From Hormiphora californensis (Eukaryota > Animalia > Ctenophora), in assembly GCA_020137815.1 (NCBI GenBank), contig CM035353.1, positions 2,170,001 through 2,234,000 on the forward strand: a stretch of DNA of 64,000 nt, in the 5' to 3' direction. Made by a program: the position numbers and the translations under genes. Of the stretch, positions 12,401-23,036 are shown in pieces. Under the pieces are notes generated by a model. It had not been told where the DNA came from, did no database searches, and saw only the letters and a list, made by a program, of their open reading frames with translations. The stretch's first letter is position 1, and each line of letters begins with the position of its first letter.

Positions 12401-15400
12401 ATTTGTATGAGATTATATGAGCGAGAGTCGAGAATTAAAAGTAGAAATACTTTTAATTCTCGCTCATATCTTCACTTAGTTATTCAAAACATTGAAAATT
12501 TGTATGAGATATGAGCGAGAGCCGAGAATTAAAAGTAGAAATACTTTTAATTCTCGCTCATATCTCATTCACAATAGATTATAGAAGTACTAACATAAAT
12601 CTTAGCGGGATGTAGTTATAAACAATGATAAAAAGCAAGGGCAGTCAGACCCCGATTTACCGGGCCTCGATTTACCGGAACCCCAATTTACCGGGACGAT
12701 AAAATTCCCCCGATCTAGGAAATTAACGGTAATTGACCCCGATATACCGGGCACCCCGATTTACCGGTCAAAACCCTTTCCCCCGAGCATGATCCCGGTA
12801 AATCGGGGTCCGACTGTATAAACAATGATAAAAAGCAAGGGCAGTCACATATTACGACTGAAACACAGCATTATGAAACATAATGCAATAATAATTCTTG
12901 TTTTATCATTTCTCATACCCTAAGAAAGTTGAAGCGATTATGACAACTTTTAAAAAACTATGGGGCGTTTGTTACAACCTGAAATACAGTCACGATCGGT
13001 TCCTTATATTTACCAAAACTGATTTACCGTGCATGTGTTACTTCATTCTTCCTCTCAATTGAACATGTGCTGGCTCCTTTCAATCAGGAACCGACCGAAA
13101 CAAGTAAACAACCAACCAGAACTCGTTATTTAGGTCACGTGACTGGTTATCAGCCAATCAGGGACCAGTATTTCCTGATTCGGTCGGTTCCTGCTCTCAA
13201 TTGAAACATGCCCCACAGTGGCACAGTGCTGCACTGTCCTGTCTTCTGTAACAATTTCCCCCGTGTGTGTGTGTACCTACATTATGTAACTTGATACACA
13301 GAACCATTCTCAATGTGCCGCCGCAAAGAGGGGAGCTGCCAGTGTCAAATCAGAGTACAATATTACGGAACTTATCTTGTGCAACCTTCAGTTCGATAAG
13401 ATCAAAATTTACATTCTCTAGCCTTGGATTCTGATACACATGTAGCATCATAATGTCGGCACTTGGAACACGACCACCAGACAGATTGTACACGGGTAGT
13501 CCAGTTTTAACCCTCCCATACGCCAAGAAAGAGGGTAGAACATGGCTGAACTGAAAGTTAAATGACTGAAACAACCCAACAATTATATACTCATAATACT
13601 TTTCAATTCCAACACGATCTGTGTTCGAACCCTTTTTGATATTACATGTGCTGCAGCTCCATACATTTGATTGATCTGTGTAATTGTAATATAATATGGT
13701 GAATACATTACGTTCCTTAACTCCCGGGTTTGTGTCTAGTGAGTGTGTGTGCCCCCATTGCCCTGTTTCTATGGCAATCTGATCCACCAATCGATGGTAG
13801 ATCGACTCAGTTGTGGAGAACTACAGATAAGGTTTTCAGCGAAAATAACACGTGAATACATGTGGTTCTTGATTGCAGACATTCAAGACACGGTTCAGTG
13901 CCAGCTTTTTATATAATTGGTGTTTTGTTGTCTTTTTGTGATGAATGATTTTGTTGAGCTGGGTTTCCAATTAAAATATCGTAGTTAGGCCTAGACGGAT
14001 GATTCGTCGTGAAATTTTGACGTTGAATTGTCTGTCGATGATTAGGTACAACCTGTCTTCCGTCAGTGTTCATGTTTTTTGAAAGTGCATTTCCTTTATA
14101 ATCCTTTCTTTCTGTCAATGTAATACGCATCTGTCTATTAGGGAAGGCAATCAGAAGCAGAACTTGCCTTCTCCTCCAGTTCTCGTCTCTCTCTTCACTC
14201 CCTCTCTCCATCAGAACTTCCCTCTAATTTCCCTAAATTGGTTTTGATTCCTTTCTTTTGAAGGAAGCATGCCAATTCTAATAATATTTGGACATGAACC
14301 CTCAGCCCGCTAATGAAGAAATTAGGATGGTTCTTTAAAATTTATTCGGGAGTGGGCGGGATGCCAGAAAAGGGGGAAGAGAGAGAGAGAAGGCAGAGAG
14401 AGATGAGAGAGAGAGGAGAGAGAAGAAAGAAAGTTAGAAAAAAAGGGACCCAAAGAAAGGGAGAACAAAGAGAAGAAAAGAGAGCCAAAGGAGGGGAAAG
14501 AAACGGGATCGAAAAAAAGAAGGAGGGTGAATAACAAAAGAAATTAGAGCTAAAGCTGAAGGCTGAAAGAGAGCGCGGAGTCAATTTTAGGGGCCCATTG
14601 GGAACCCGAGGGGCGACGAGGTCGAGATCTCCGCGGTTCAAAACCGGGAACGGCAAACTCGGCCCTCCTCTCTCTCCTCTTCGCTCGCTTTTTCCCCCTG
14701 TTCTCATCTCCCTAGATTAGAATTGAAACAGAGAACAAATGGATATTGTTACTGAAATACTTGGAGTGCGAAAGCTTTCAGCGCATTGAACTAAAAATAG
14801 AAAATTAGCCAGCAGCTGAAAGGCTAAAAGAGCGTTTTACGTCAAGTATGTCCCAATTTGCAACCTCCTGCAAGGGCTGTTTCGACGACAAATTAGTGCT
14901 GCTTACAAACTAACCGTGGTTTACACGTACACACCTGCTAACTTATACTTCCCTCTTTCTCCCTCTCTCTCTAGTTCTCTCTCTCTCTCTCTTTCTCCCT
15001 CTCTCTCTAGTTCTCTCTCTCTAGTTCTCTCTCTCTCTAGTTTTCTCTCTCTCTCTCTGGAGCCCCCTTGCTCGTATGTCTAACTCCCTATCTCCAGTTG
15101 TCTGCTACAAAACACGACACGGAGCAGACAGACATACAGTACACTCACTAACAAGCGATGTCTAATCCGCATGGGCACCTTAATAAAAACATCCGCTAAA
15201 TGTACTCCTTCATAAAAACATCTTTCATCCACTGAATGTACTCCTTCATAAACGAAGCTATATTAATGATCAAAACTCTAATAAGAAATAATATGCCCAA
15301 ATTATAAAATACTAGTAATAAGTGAATGCTACCCCACGGCTAACACATTTCTCTCTGATCTCTTCCAGGGATATAATATCCATGTGGTGGCGACAGCGTT

Positions 15401-15485
15401 TGAGTGGGTGATGGCCCTTGATCTCCTGGCATTCCTGATGACCTTCAGCCAAGAACTCCATCTGATACAACTACAAGTCGGCCTG
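447..15485 (+). CDS. DRAM/TMEM150 (Frag1/DRAM/Sfk1 family) multipass membrane protein; exons 447-681, 821-963, 1069-1123, 1396-1524, 1879-1961, 15369-15485
   Basis: Joined exons keep frame at GT-AG junctions and give family motifs GHV..FPYISDTG.FPPESCIF, VN.AGLIVG.ISAFG.MVVA.FQETNV..VH.LGA, LLWSPHDT|GYNIHVVATAFEWVM..FLMTFSQEL, resembling DRAM2 LHWNPEDKGYVLH..TTAAEW. Confidence 0.9.
1525..1878 (+). other. U12-type (minor spliceosome) GT-AG intron
   Basis: 5' site GTATCCTTTT at 1525; branch sequence TCCTTAAC at 1851-1858; no polypyrimidine tract; AG at 1877-1878; splicing restores the DRAM frame. Confidence 0.9.
3368..7074 (-). CDS. LDLa-repeat/Cys-rich ectodomain class A GPCR (GRL101/LGR-like 7TM, no LRRs), paralog A, ~1061 aa; exons 7074-6438, 6253-3864, 3526-3368
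   Basis: Hydrophobic N-terminus MITPLLLLSRLYIV; LDLa repeats ([27 protein letters not shown]); 7 hydrophobic segments with GD in TM2, TWVP in TM6, LPLNSVLNPILY in TM7; splice phases consistent; last exon ends ...EVIEMNVIE...TIGS*. Confidence 0.88.
3549..3689. mobile_element. 141-bp near-perfect palindromic CpG-rich MITE (CCCTACTAAAATATAGTTCGACGCG...GGG), CMC/EnSpm-like
   Basis: Whole element is an inverted repeat; 2-bp flanking duplication TA; second copy at 55185-55325. Confidence 0.8.
7322..7502. mobile_element. Tc1/mariner-pogo-type MITE (TIR CAGTCGGACCCCGATTTA)
   Basis: TA|CAGTCGGACCCCGATTTAG...CTAAATCGGGGTCCGACTG|TA; internal CCCCGATTTA sub-repeats. Confidence 0.85.
8509..12292 (-). 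CDS. LDLa-repeat/Cys-rich ectodomain class A GPCR, paralog B, ~1104 aa; exons 12292-11876 and 11406-8509
   Basis: Signal peptide MRLSFLIVCLLFGLCDA; phase-0 intron 11875-11407; LDLa repeats ([27 protein letters not shown]); 7TM with CWLP and LPINSVLNPMLY; colinear with paralog A. Confidence 0.9.
11448..11728. mobile_element. Inverted-repeat MITE inside the intron of LDLa-GPCR B
   Basis: TACAGCGATCCCTCCCAATTGTTCCAGTTTTTGTTACATTT ... AAATGTAACAAAAACTTGAACAATTGGGAGGAGTCGATGTA; related fragments at ~24725-24777 and ~27404-27424. Confidence 0.7.
12373..12562. repeat. Tandem duplication of a ~96-bp hairpin-containing unit just upstream of LDLa-GPCR B
   Basis: CTTCACTTAGTTATTCAAAAC...GAGAATTAAAAGTAGAAATACTTTTAATTCTCGCTCATAT occurs twice. 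Confidence 0.8.
12642..12816. mobile_element. CAGTCGGACCCCGATTTA-family MITE
   Basis: Same TIRs; bracketed by a 31-bp direct duplication. Confidence 0.85.
13085..13193. mobile_element. 109-bp hAT-like MITE (CAGGAACCGACCGA...TCGGTCGGTTCCTG)
   Basis: TIRs plus 8-bp flanks CTTTCAAT/CTCTCAAT (one mismatch). Confidence 0.85.
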
Positions 15486-15882
15486 GTGAGTAAAAAAAGT
15501 TATGTTCTGTAACAAACTTGTAAAAGAGTCTCGTCGTTACGGAGCATGGGGAGAGGAGCGAACAAGGCAAATCACCCCATTCCTTAACCAAATCCCTGAT
15601 CATGAACTCCCTAATCAAATCCTTAACCAAATCACAAACCAACCATAGCTCCCTCACATTTTCGCAATTCATAAAGTTTCAATCATTTAGTTATGCAGCG
15701 AGAATTAATTTAAAGGCGTGGGAGTATGTTGTAGTTTAGTTAAGTTTCGTCATATAATGTCATTACTACCGGTACTTCATTTTTCAGTCTCATTCTGTGA
15801 GCTGTGCACACATATATGAATTATGAATGTACACCGACGGAAACACTTTCTAGACACACCCGTGGTAGGTCCCCGACACATA

Positions 15883-15968
15883 CAGTCGGACCCCGATTTA
15901 ACGGGCACACTGATTTACCGGGCAAAACCCTTTCCCCCCGAGCATCCCGGTAAATCGGAGTCCAACTG
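15883..15968. mobile_element. Short CAGTCGGACCCCGATTTA-family MITE
   Basis: TIRs recognisable, internally deleted. Confidence 0.75.
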
Positions 15969-17384
15969 CAGCTGTATATCGGTTTGAAGCAAATAAAAGC
16001 TCTGCTGTATAGTGCAGCTCAGGATGCTATCTTGGTCACTGGTTAGATTCTATTTCCCTAAATTGTGCCAAGTTCATGACATCTAAATACGGATAATGTT
16101 CCCTCTAAATTTTACAACTTTTGCTTTTTCTGGAGTTACTATTGCGGTCGAATTTGTGCGTCAATTTCATGACCTGTCTCTGGGCCATGTTTGTGTCTTT
16201 CATTCCGTAGAGAGGGAAAAGAGAAAAATAGAAAAAAAAGGCAGGAAGAGTAAGCCTGCAATGGTATGAAGAGGGGAAAAAGTGGTAAGGGAAGAAATAA
16301 ATAAACCTCGTTCTAGGCAAATTCTCAATTTTTTCTCTTCCATTTTTTCTTCCCTCTCTCTCTATATCTCTCCTCCTCTCTCTTCTTCTCTCTCTCTCCT
16401 CTCTCTCTCTCTAGTTTATGTTTTCACAAAACCCAGTGTTTCCGTGCCCTTCCTAAAAACGCTTTACTGCGTCAAACCCCCGGAACTTGCCCTTATCTCC
16501 GTATTTTCTTATATGCTTATTTCCAATTTTCCCCCAAAATTTCCTCCAAAAAAAAGTTTAAACAAAACCCCTTAACTTGGGGATTTTACAACCACAAACA
16601 ATGTTAATACATGGGAAATTTGGCCCCTTCTCCGTTTATAATGCTTAATGGGAAATTTTTTTGGGACTCAATGAATAGTTTTCTAAGACGAACCAACCAA
16701 CCCCGGGAAACAAGAGTGCTAGAGTGCTACCAGAAACCACCACTTTTACTTGATATTTTTTCAATTTTATGTAAAAAAATTTGTTAAAATTAAGCCCGCC
16801 TTTCGCCCGGGGTGCGCGATGAACACTGAACAGTCATTGCCTGAAAAGTGAAAATAAATTCTTTTTAAATTAGTCGAAGTAATCACTCAAATGCTTTTTC
16901 TAATTTTGGAAACAATTTTTCTTTTCTTTTTTATAAGGTGCCAAAGCGTGCAATGAGGGTGACATATATTTTTGTTGAATGAGTGTTTACCCCTTGGTAT
17001 GTTACCAAAAATTAAAAAAAATTCTTCTCTCTTCTCTCTCTTCTCTCTCTCCCCTCTTCTTATTCCTTTTATTTGGTTCTTTCACTATTTTCCCACCGGC
17101 CCCTCACCCGGGTAAAGAGAATGGGTGAGAATAAGTGAAAAAAAAGTCTGGGGTTACATTCAAGATAGTAAATTAGAAACCTTTAGAAATGGCCGATGCC
17201 GGGGTAAGGGGGTTTGAAAACAGAGTGTCCCTTGAGCGGCGCCTACACACCAAGAAAATGAAACAAAATACGGTGTGAGCTATAATACAAGGTGTCCCTT
17301 TACATTTCTTCCAAATGTACGTATCAACTGAGGATACTGATAGTCCGCTGTCTGTATATTGTTTCCGTAGTGGTCCGATCACAG

Positions 17385-17596
17385 GTCATGCCACCCTTCA
17401 ACTCCATCTCATCTAATCCGCCTTATGATGGTAACAATGTGAAGCGAGACAACCAATATACCGAATGTACCCCCAATACAATCCTCCTAACTTCCTTTTT
17501 AACCCCCTATTTCTTGATTAGGTACGCCAGCCAAGTGTCAGCACCCCATCGGTATTGTCCACGCCACCCTCCCGATCTGGCCCCCTGCTACCTTAG
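17385..17596 (+). CDS. Candidate terminal exons of the DRAM-like gene (17385-17438 and 17522-17596; VMPPFNSISSNPPYDGNN|VRQPSVSTPSVLSTPPSRSGPLLP*)
   Basis: Phase-0 acceptors (cacag, attag) compatible with the phase-0 donor at 15486; low-complexity tail with no diagnostic motif. Confidence 0.45.
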
Positions 17597-18200
17597 AGAA
17601 CACACTAACTAAACAATTAGAGACATAGAAGGAGAGAGACAATCAATTTAAAGATCCTATTAAATCCGTGTCGCCGAGACCGGCCCCCTAACTTCAATTT
17701 TTCATTTGAGGCTGTGGACGTATATTACAATTATTATTACAGGCACATTTATCCGGATACGTTATGTTTGTACAATGATTTTTACCGTGTTTATTGTTAT
17801 TTCTAAGCTTATCTCAATCTGATTTTTGAACCAAATGAAGATTTTGAATTTTTAAATTTGTGAGAGTGAATGACGCGTGGTTTTACACATCTTGACGTAA
17901 CGCGCGACGACATAAAGTAGGTTCTAGATGCGCAAGAAACGCCGCGCAATGCTGGAGCGGAGTAATTTATGCCGCAGTTTGACTTTTATGACGCGGAGCG
18001 GAAGTCATTTTCGTCGCTTGAGTTTTCCGTAAAAAATAGCAAAAACGTCCGCGTTTGTTTCACGAGCTCTCACAAGATGTTTTTGATGTTTCAATGTTAT
18101 GTCTCTTGAGCGCTCGTTAAACAAACAGACACGTTCTTCCTACTTACTGTCATTTCCTTTACGTACGCTGCAGCCCCCCGCTCCCGACTCCCGTACGGTA

Positions 18201-18673
18201 AAGTCCAATTTTTTATTTAAGCGACAGGCCGCTGCGCATCAAAATGCAGCGCTTGAAATCGATTTCCGGTTCCTGATAAGCTAGCGACTTTCTCTTGGTG
18301 CCATTGGAAAGATAAAAATTTTATCTTTCCAACGCAACCAGGATCAAGTCTTTATCTTATCAGGAACCGGAGATATGACCAATTAACTAATTGAGTGCGC
18401 GGCGGCCTGTCGCTTAAATAAAAAATTCGACTATAAAGTCGAATTTTTTAATCAAGGGAGAGGGTGGGTCTTTTTGACCTTATTTCAAACGCGCATATCT
18501 CCGGTTCCTGATGAGATAAAGACTTGAAATTTGGAGCCTGGAGGTTATGAAGAACTTGGCATGATCTTTCTAACCTCCAAATTTCAAGTCTCTATCTTAT
18601 CAGGAACCGGAGATATGCGCGTTTGAAATAAGGTCAAAAAGACCCCCCTGTCCCTTGATTAAAAAATTCGACT
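18201..18673. repeat. Two adjacent ~235-bp foldback units with shared ends
   Basis: 18201-18432 and 18437-18673 are each self-complementary, with AGTCGAATTTTTTA-type ends and internal TCCGGTTCCTGAT/ATCAGGAACCGGA. Confidence 0.75.
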
Positions 18674-18684
18674 ATAAGCGGTAC

Positions 18685-20140
18685 CTATGTCAATGGAAAG
18701 CCTTCCCAAGAGGGAAGACCCCGAAATGTTTGAAACAACCCCTGGTTGGCCATTTCAAAAAAAAAGGACAGTCCCAAATGAAGGAATTCCGCCCTGTTTC
18801 ATCTATCTTTATCTCGAAGATCATGGGAAAAAATGTGCGGCGGCCCAATTAACTGAGCTTGGAGGGAATAAGTTGTTTCAGGATGAAATCAGATCAGAAC
18901 CATCACAGCACTGAGACCCTTTGTGAAATTTAAAACGATCTCCAAATAATCACTGACGAGAAGCTAAAAAAATCCTATACTTTTAGACTGAGCGCTGTTT
19001 TAAACCCATCAATCAAAGTACCCTGGGGAAGTGAAAAGGAACTATGGTGTGACGGGACTGCCTCTCCGGGTTTAAAGCCCTACCGACGGACGAAGGCCCC
19101 TCGGTAAAATTTGGGGGAAAATCGACCCTCATCCCCAGGGGGCTATAACCACGGAGCCCCCAAGGGATCCATCTTAGGGCCCGGGGTTTTCTTCTCTAAC
19201 CAAAGAATTGAGATTTTCAAGACTAGGGTTTTACTGTAAGCTGATGTGACGATAGCAGCTTTATTGTTTTTTTCCAACAAAAAAACTGGTTTTGATTGGA
19301 AAAGACACTTCGGGAATGCTAAAACCATATCAAGGGTGGATGGCAACAATTTTTCCCCCACTAACCCTTTCGAAAACTGAATCATCTTTTAAAACAAACA
19401 CGACAAAGAAGCGAATCCAAAGCTATAAAAAGCGTAGACGACAAGATCCAATCTGTTCCAGCCCCACGGGTGCGAAACCCTTTGGGGTTTTTTTTCCTTT
19501 CGAGTTTTCACTAAGGAAACTTTTCAAAAAGGTTTTAAAATGAATCTGTGTCCCTAAATTTTTGGAAGATAGGGAATCCCTAACTATTGCCAAAAAAGTG
19601 AAGAGTAAACACCCTTGTAACATACTTGTTTACTGCAATAGTTACGCGGGGATCTCAAAAGCCCTGGGAGGTTAAAAAAAGGTTTAAAAACCCCTGCCAC
19701 AAAATTTCATCACTGGACGCCATTTTTTCATGAATCAGAATTAAAGACAGCTCTTTTTCTACCGGTTGGAAAAGAATTAACTAAAAGCATGCTTTTTGAC
19801 TAAAAACCCCAAAACGGTCTAGAACCGACGTTTCTTTCTGAACTGTACAACGTGGGAAGAAAAAGCTGAAGAATCTCCGCTTTGATAGGACATAAAATTT
19901 AAAAGGAAAAAAAAACCCCCTTTTATGCTCGAGCAAAGGGCCTTTAGTGTCGCTGCACAGCAGTGTGGAACAAAACCCTGCCGAAACTTTAAGGTGAAAA
20001 AACATCGCCCATCCTTTAAAGCCAAAACCCAAACTCCCTTCTTTAAAAAAACCAAAATGTTAAAACCCATTTTCCAAAATAACAAGGACATTGGACAGAG
20101 TGATGATGGTATATGTAAGTGGTTTTGCGGAACAAAGTGA
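18685..20140 (+). mobile_element. Degraded or error-rich CR1/L2-type LINE reverse-transcriptase fragment
   Basis: Fragmented RT motifs in order: FRPVS.I..SKI, HSTET, GAPQG-like SILGP, (Y)AD; followed by a long A tract. Confidence 0.6.
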
Positions 20141-20239
20141 AGCTGGAAAGGTCAGTATTTTCTTTTTCCCTCTTTCTCTCCCTAAACTGACCCTATGCTA
20201 AAGATTGGTTTGTTTATTTTGTAACTTGAAACAAAAGGG

Positions 20240-20441
<202 letters not shown>

Positions 20442-21599
20442 AGAAAAGGGAAAAAGAACTGCAAAATGAAGTTGTAGGATTTTAAAATTAAAATCCCCAA
20501 GGGGGCCCCCGGGGGGGTCTCAATTTTCTTTTTTTTGGAAATTCCCCTTTTTAGGAATCCTTGAATTTAATTTTTTTTTATTTTTTTTGCAGTACTTGCA
20601 TTTCTGCGTGATAGGGCTCCCAAAATTTTTTTCAAAACCCTTTTAAAAATTTAAAAAAAACATCTTTCAGAACATAAGAAAAATCATAATCTTGTAGTAA
20701 AACTAGCCGCTTTTGGAGCGAGGGCTGTTGGGGATGAAAGAGGATGGAATGATGAATTTTTCTTCTTCCATCAGCAGAACTTGTGCTGAACCGTAAAACG
20801 GACAGTTAAAGAGCGGACTATAAATGTTTATTTTGTATTTGTATTTGTATTTGTATTTGTAAGAACTATTAGGTAATTTCCTTCGTACACGCGAAGGCTG
20901 GAGCCTGGAAAACTTTAAACTTTAATCTGGGTGTCATTATGGCTAAAGTAGGGTGGTATGGTCACTGATCACATTTAGACTCCGCGTTTTGATCAAGATA
21001 AACGTTTACTTATTGTTTCAGATCAAATATAACATTTTATCAATGGCTACCGCCTGTTGCGATGGTGCTAGTGTTGCTTGTTGAGTAAGGGTGAGTAAGA
21101 GTAAGGGGGTAAGTGTTGCCAGTTGCGGTAACCAAGGTTATTCAGTACGGACTTTTGCTTCAAGAACAATCACAACTAGTCCAAAAAAAGCAGCAAGTGC
21201 ATTAAAAGTAAAGTCCGTGCTGTGCCGCCCATCGTTAAATCCTTCCCCTCCTCCTCAACACAATATAATGTCTCTCAAACATTGTCCTTGCAGGTAGCCT
21301 TATAACCATTCCCTTTCTGGGCATTGTAACCATGGTGACATACCACTGTCAAACTCCCTCCAACTCCAAAGGGCACAGTAATGAGCGTTAATAATTTTGC
21401 CAAAACTCTAGCTCGATGGAAGCTTCATGGAGCGTGCCATGATTTCAAATTTCAAATATTGTCTACTAAAACTGAACTACAAATCATTCAAAATTATTAG
21501 TACTCAATAATATCTATATATTCTGGCCCTGGATCAGATTTAATCAGCCAACAGGTCCAGAGTCTCTGGACCAAAGTCTGGACCAGGTGCTGGATCAAT

Positions 21600-22604
21600 T
21601 TAATCAGCATCAGGTGATACTCTGGTGCTGATTGATTGGTTGTTTGATAGTGTTGCCAACTCTTGTCGCACAGTACTGATGATGGTATCTCTAGTATACC
21701 CAAAGTATAGTATAACACCTGGGATTACTACAGCTACTATCACACCCAGCAGACAGGAGCCAAACAAAAGCAAACAAACAATAAATTCTCCATGATTCAT
21801 TAAAATGCTAGCACTGTCTGCACTCATGAAGTATCCGATAACGATTATATAGCAGAGATATAGCAGCGAGGATATGTCCATGAAAACCAGAATCTTGCAG
21901 GCTCGCCTCAAACTCTTTACACCGCTTTTCGAGGGGTCTGGTTTTCTCTGCAATAGGAAGATGGAGTATCCTGTAAAAGCAATTGATGAAGTTACGAAGA
22001 AGCAAAAGAAGGTGTATTGTGTCATCTGTACTGGATTCTCGATGGGACTGGTTGGCGGGTTGGACATTGTGTTAACGTTCTGCATCATCTCCATGTATGT
22101 CGCTTGTCCACTTGCCCAAACCATTTTATAACTGGAAATGGTGAGGGATACCGTGTTGAAGAGGACGGTAATTGTGACCAACCACCAAGATCTTATCTCA
22201 ATGAACTCGTCTCTGATTTTCAACATGCATGTGCCGCATAGGAGAAAGTTTAATAGGATGTGGTTACCGCCGAGGGTGTTTATGATGGTGTATCCTATCC
22301 CCTCCCATGGACCAACAGCTCTGTCCTTATATTTCGTTGACGACAGGAACTTGGCGACGAAGTGTAGGTGCCAAAGAGAGATTAAAATGAACACTGCTGA
22401 TTGAACCGAGAAAAGAGTATTGGCCACGCTTTTCCTTGCTTTTGTCTTGAGATAGATAACGAGAGAGTTTAGAGGTATTGCTATGACGCAACAAAGGAGA
22501 ATTATCAACCCGTACGTCACGTCCAGAATTAAACCATCTTCTTCGGAAAATACTGTTATATATACTGTTCCATTCGATAGAGTGAAGTTTCGGAATATAG
22601 CCAT
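21600..22604 (-). CDS. Divergent orphan 7TM/GPCR-like protein (334 aa, single coding exon)
   Basis: N-terminal N-glycosylation sequons (NFT, NGT), about 7 hydrophobic segments, TM1 IPLN motif; lacks DRY and NPxxY; probable 5'UTR intron 22790-22608. Confidence 0.75.
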   Translation of the reverse strand: MAIFRNFTLSNGTVYITVFSEEDGLILDVTYGLIILLCCVIAIPLNSLVIYLKTKARKSVANTLFSVQSAVFILISLWHLHFVAKFLSSTKYKDRAVGPWEGIGYTIINTLGGNHILLNFLLCGTCMLKIRDEFIEIRSWWLVTITVLFNTVSLTISSYKMVWASGQATYMEMMQNVNTMSNPPTSPIENPVQMTQYTFFCFFVTSSIAFTGYSIFLLQRKPDPSKSGVKSLRRACKILVFMDISSLLYLCYIIVIGYFMSADSASILMNHGEFIVCLLLFGSCLLGVIVAVVIPGVILYFGYTRDTIISTVRQELATLSNNQSISTRVSPDAD

Positions 22605-23036
22605 ATTCTATAGTTATATTGTCCTTATGATCTGGATCAGGCCGCTCAACAACACAAAACAAAGCTTTACTGGAGTGTGTATGTGGGGCAAACAAAAAAA
22701 AAGGATCTATATAGCTCGCACTAGAGCTAGTGGTCTGTGTGTTATAATTGTGTTCTAACACCTGTATATTAGCCAAATTATAGAACTTACCTGCTCTTGC
22801 TCTTTACAACACGCTCTCCACGTGGCAGCTGAACTCTGATATCGCCATGGCAACACCCTGGTAAACACTCCTTGAATGAATAAGTATACTAAGTACTCAA
22901 CAAAGCACTCCGGCATAGTGTTCTGTTAGCAGTCTAACTCCATCAAAATAAACAACACATTTAAGAATTAGAACACATTTTTTATACCAATACAACACAA
23001 ATAAAATACAGCCATATATAATTTAATTTAGTCATT

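Noticed and set aside
13350-13790. 146-aa ORF within the DRAM intron
   Set aside because: Non-ATG start and no motif I can recognise; cannot be supported without a search
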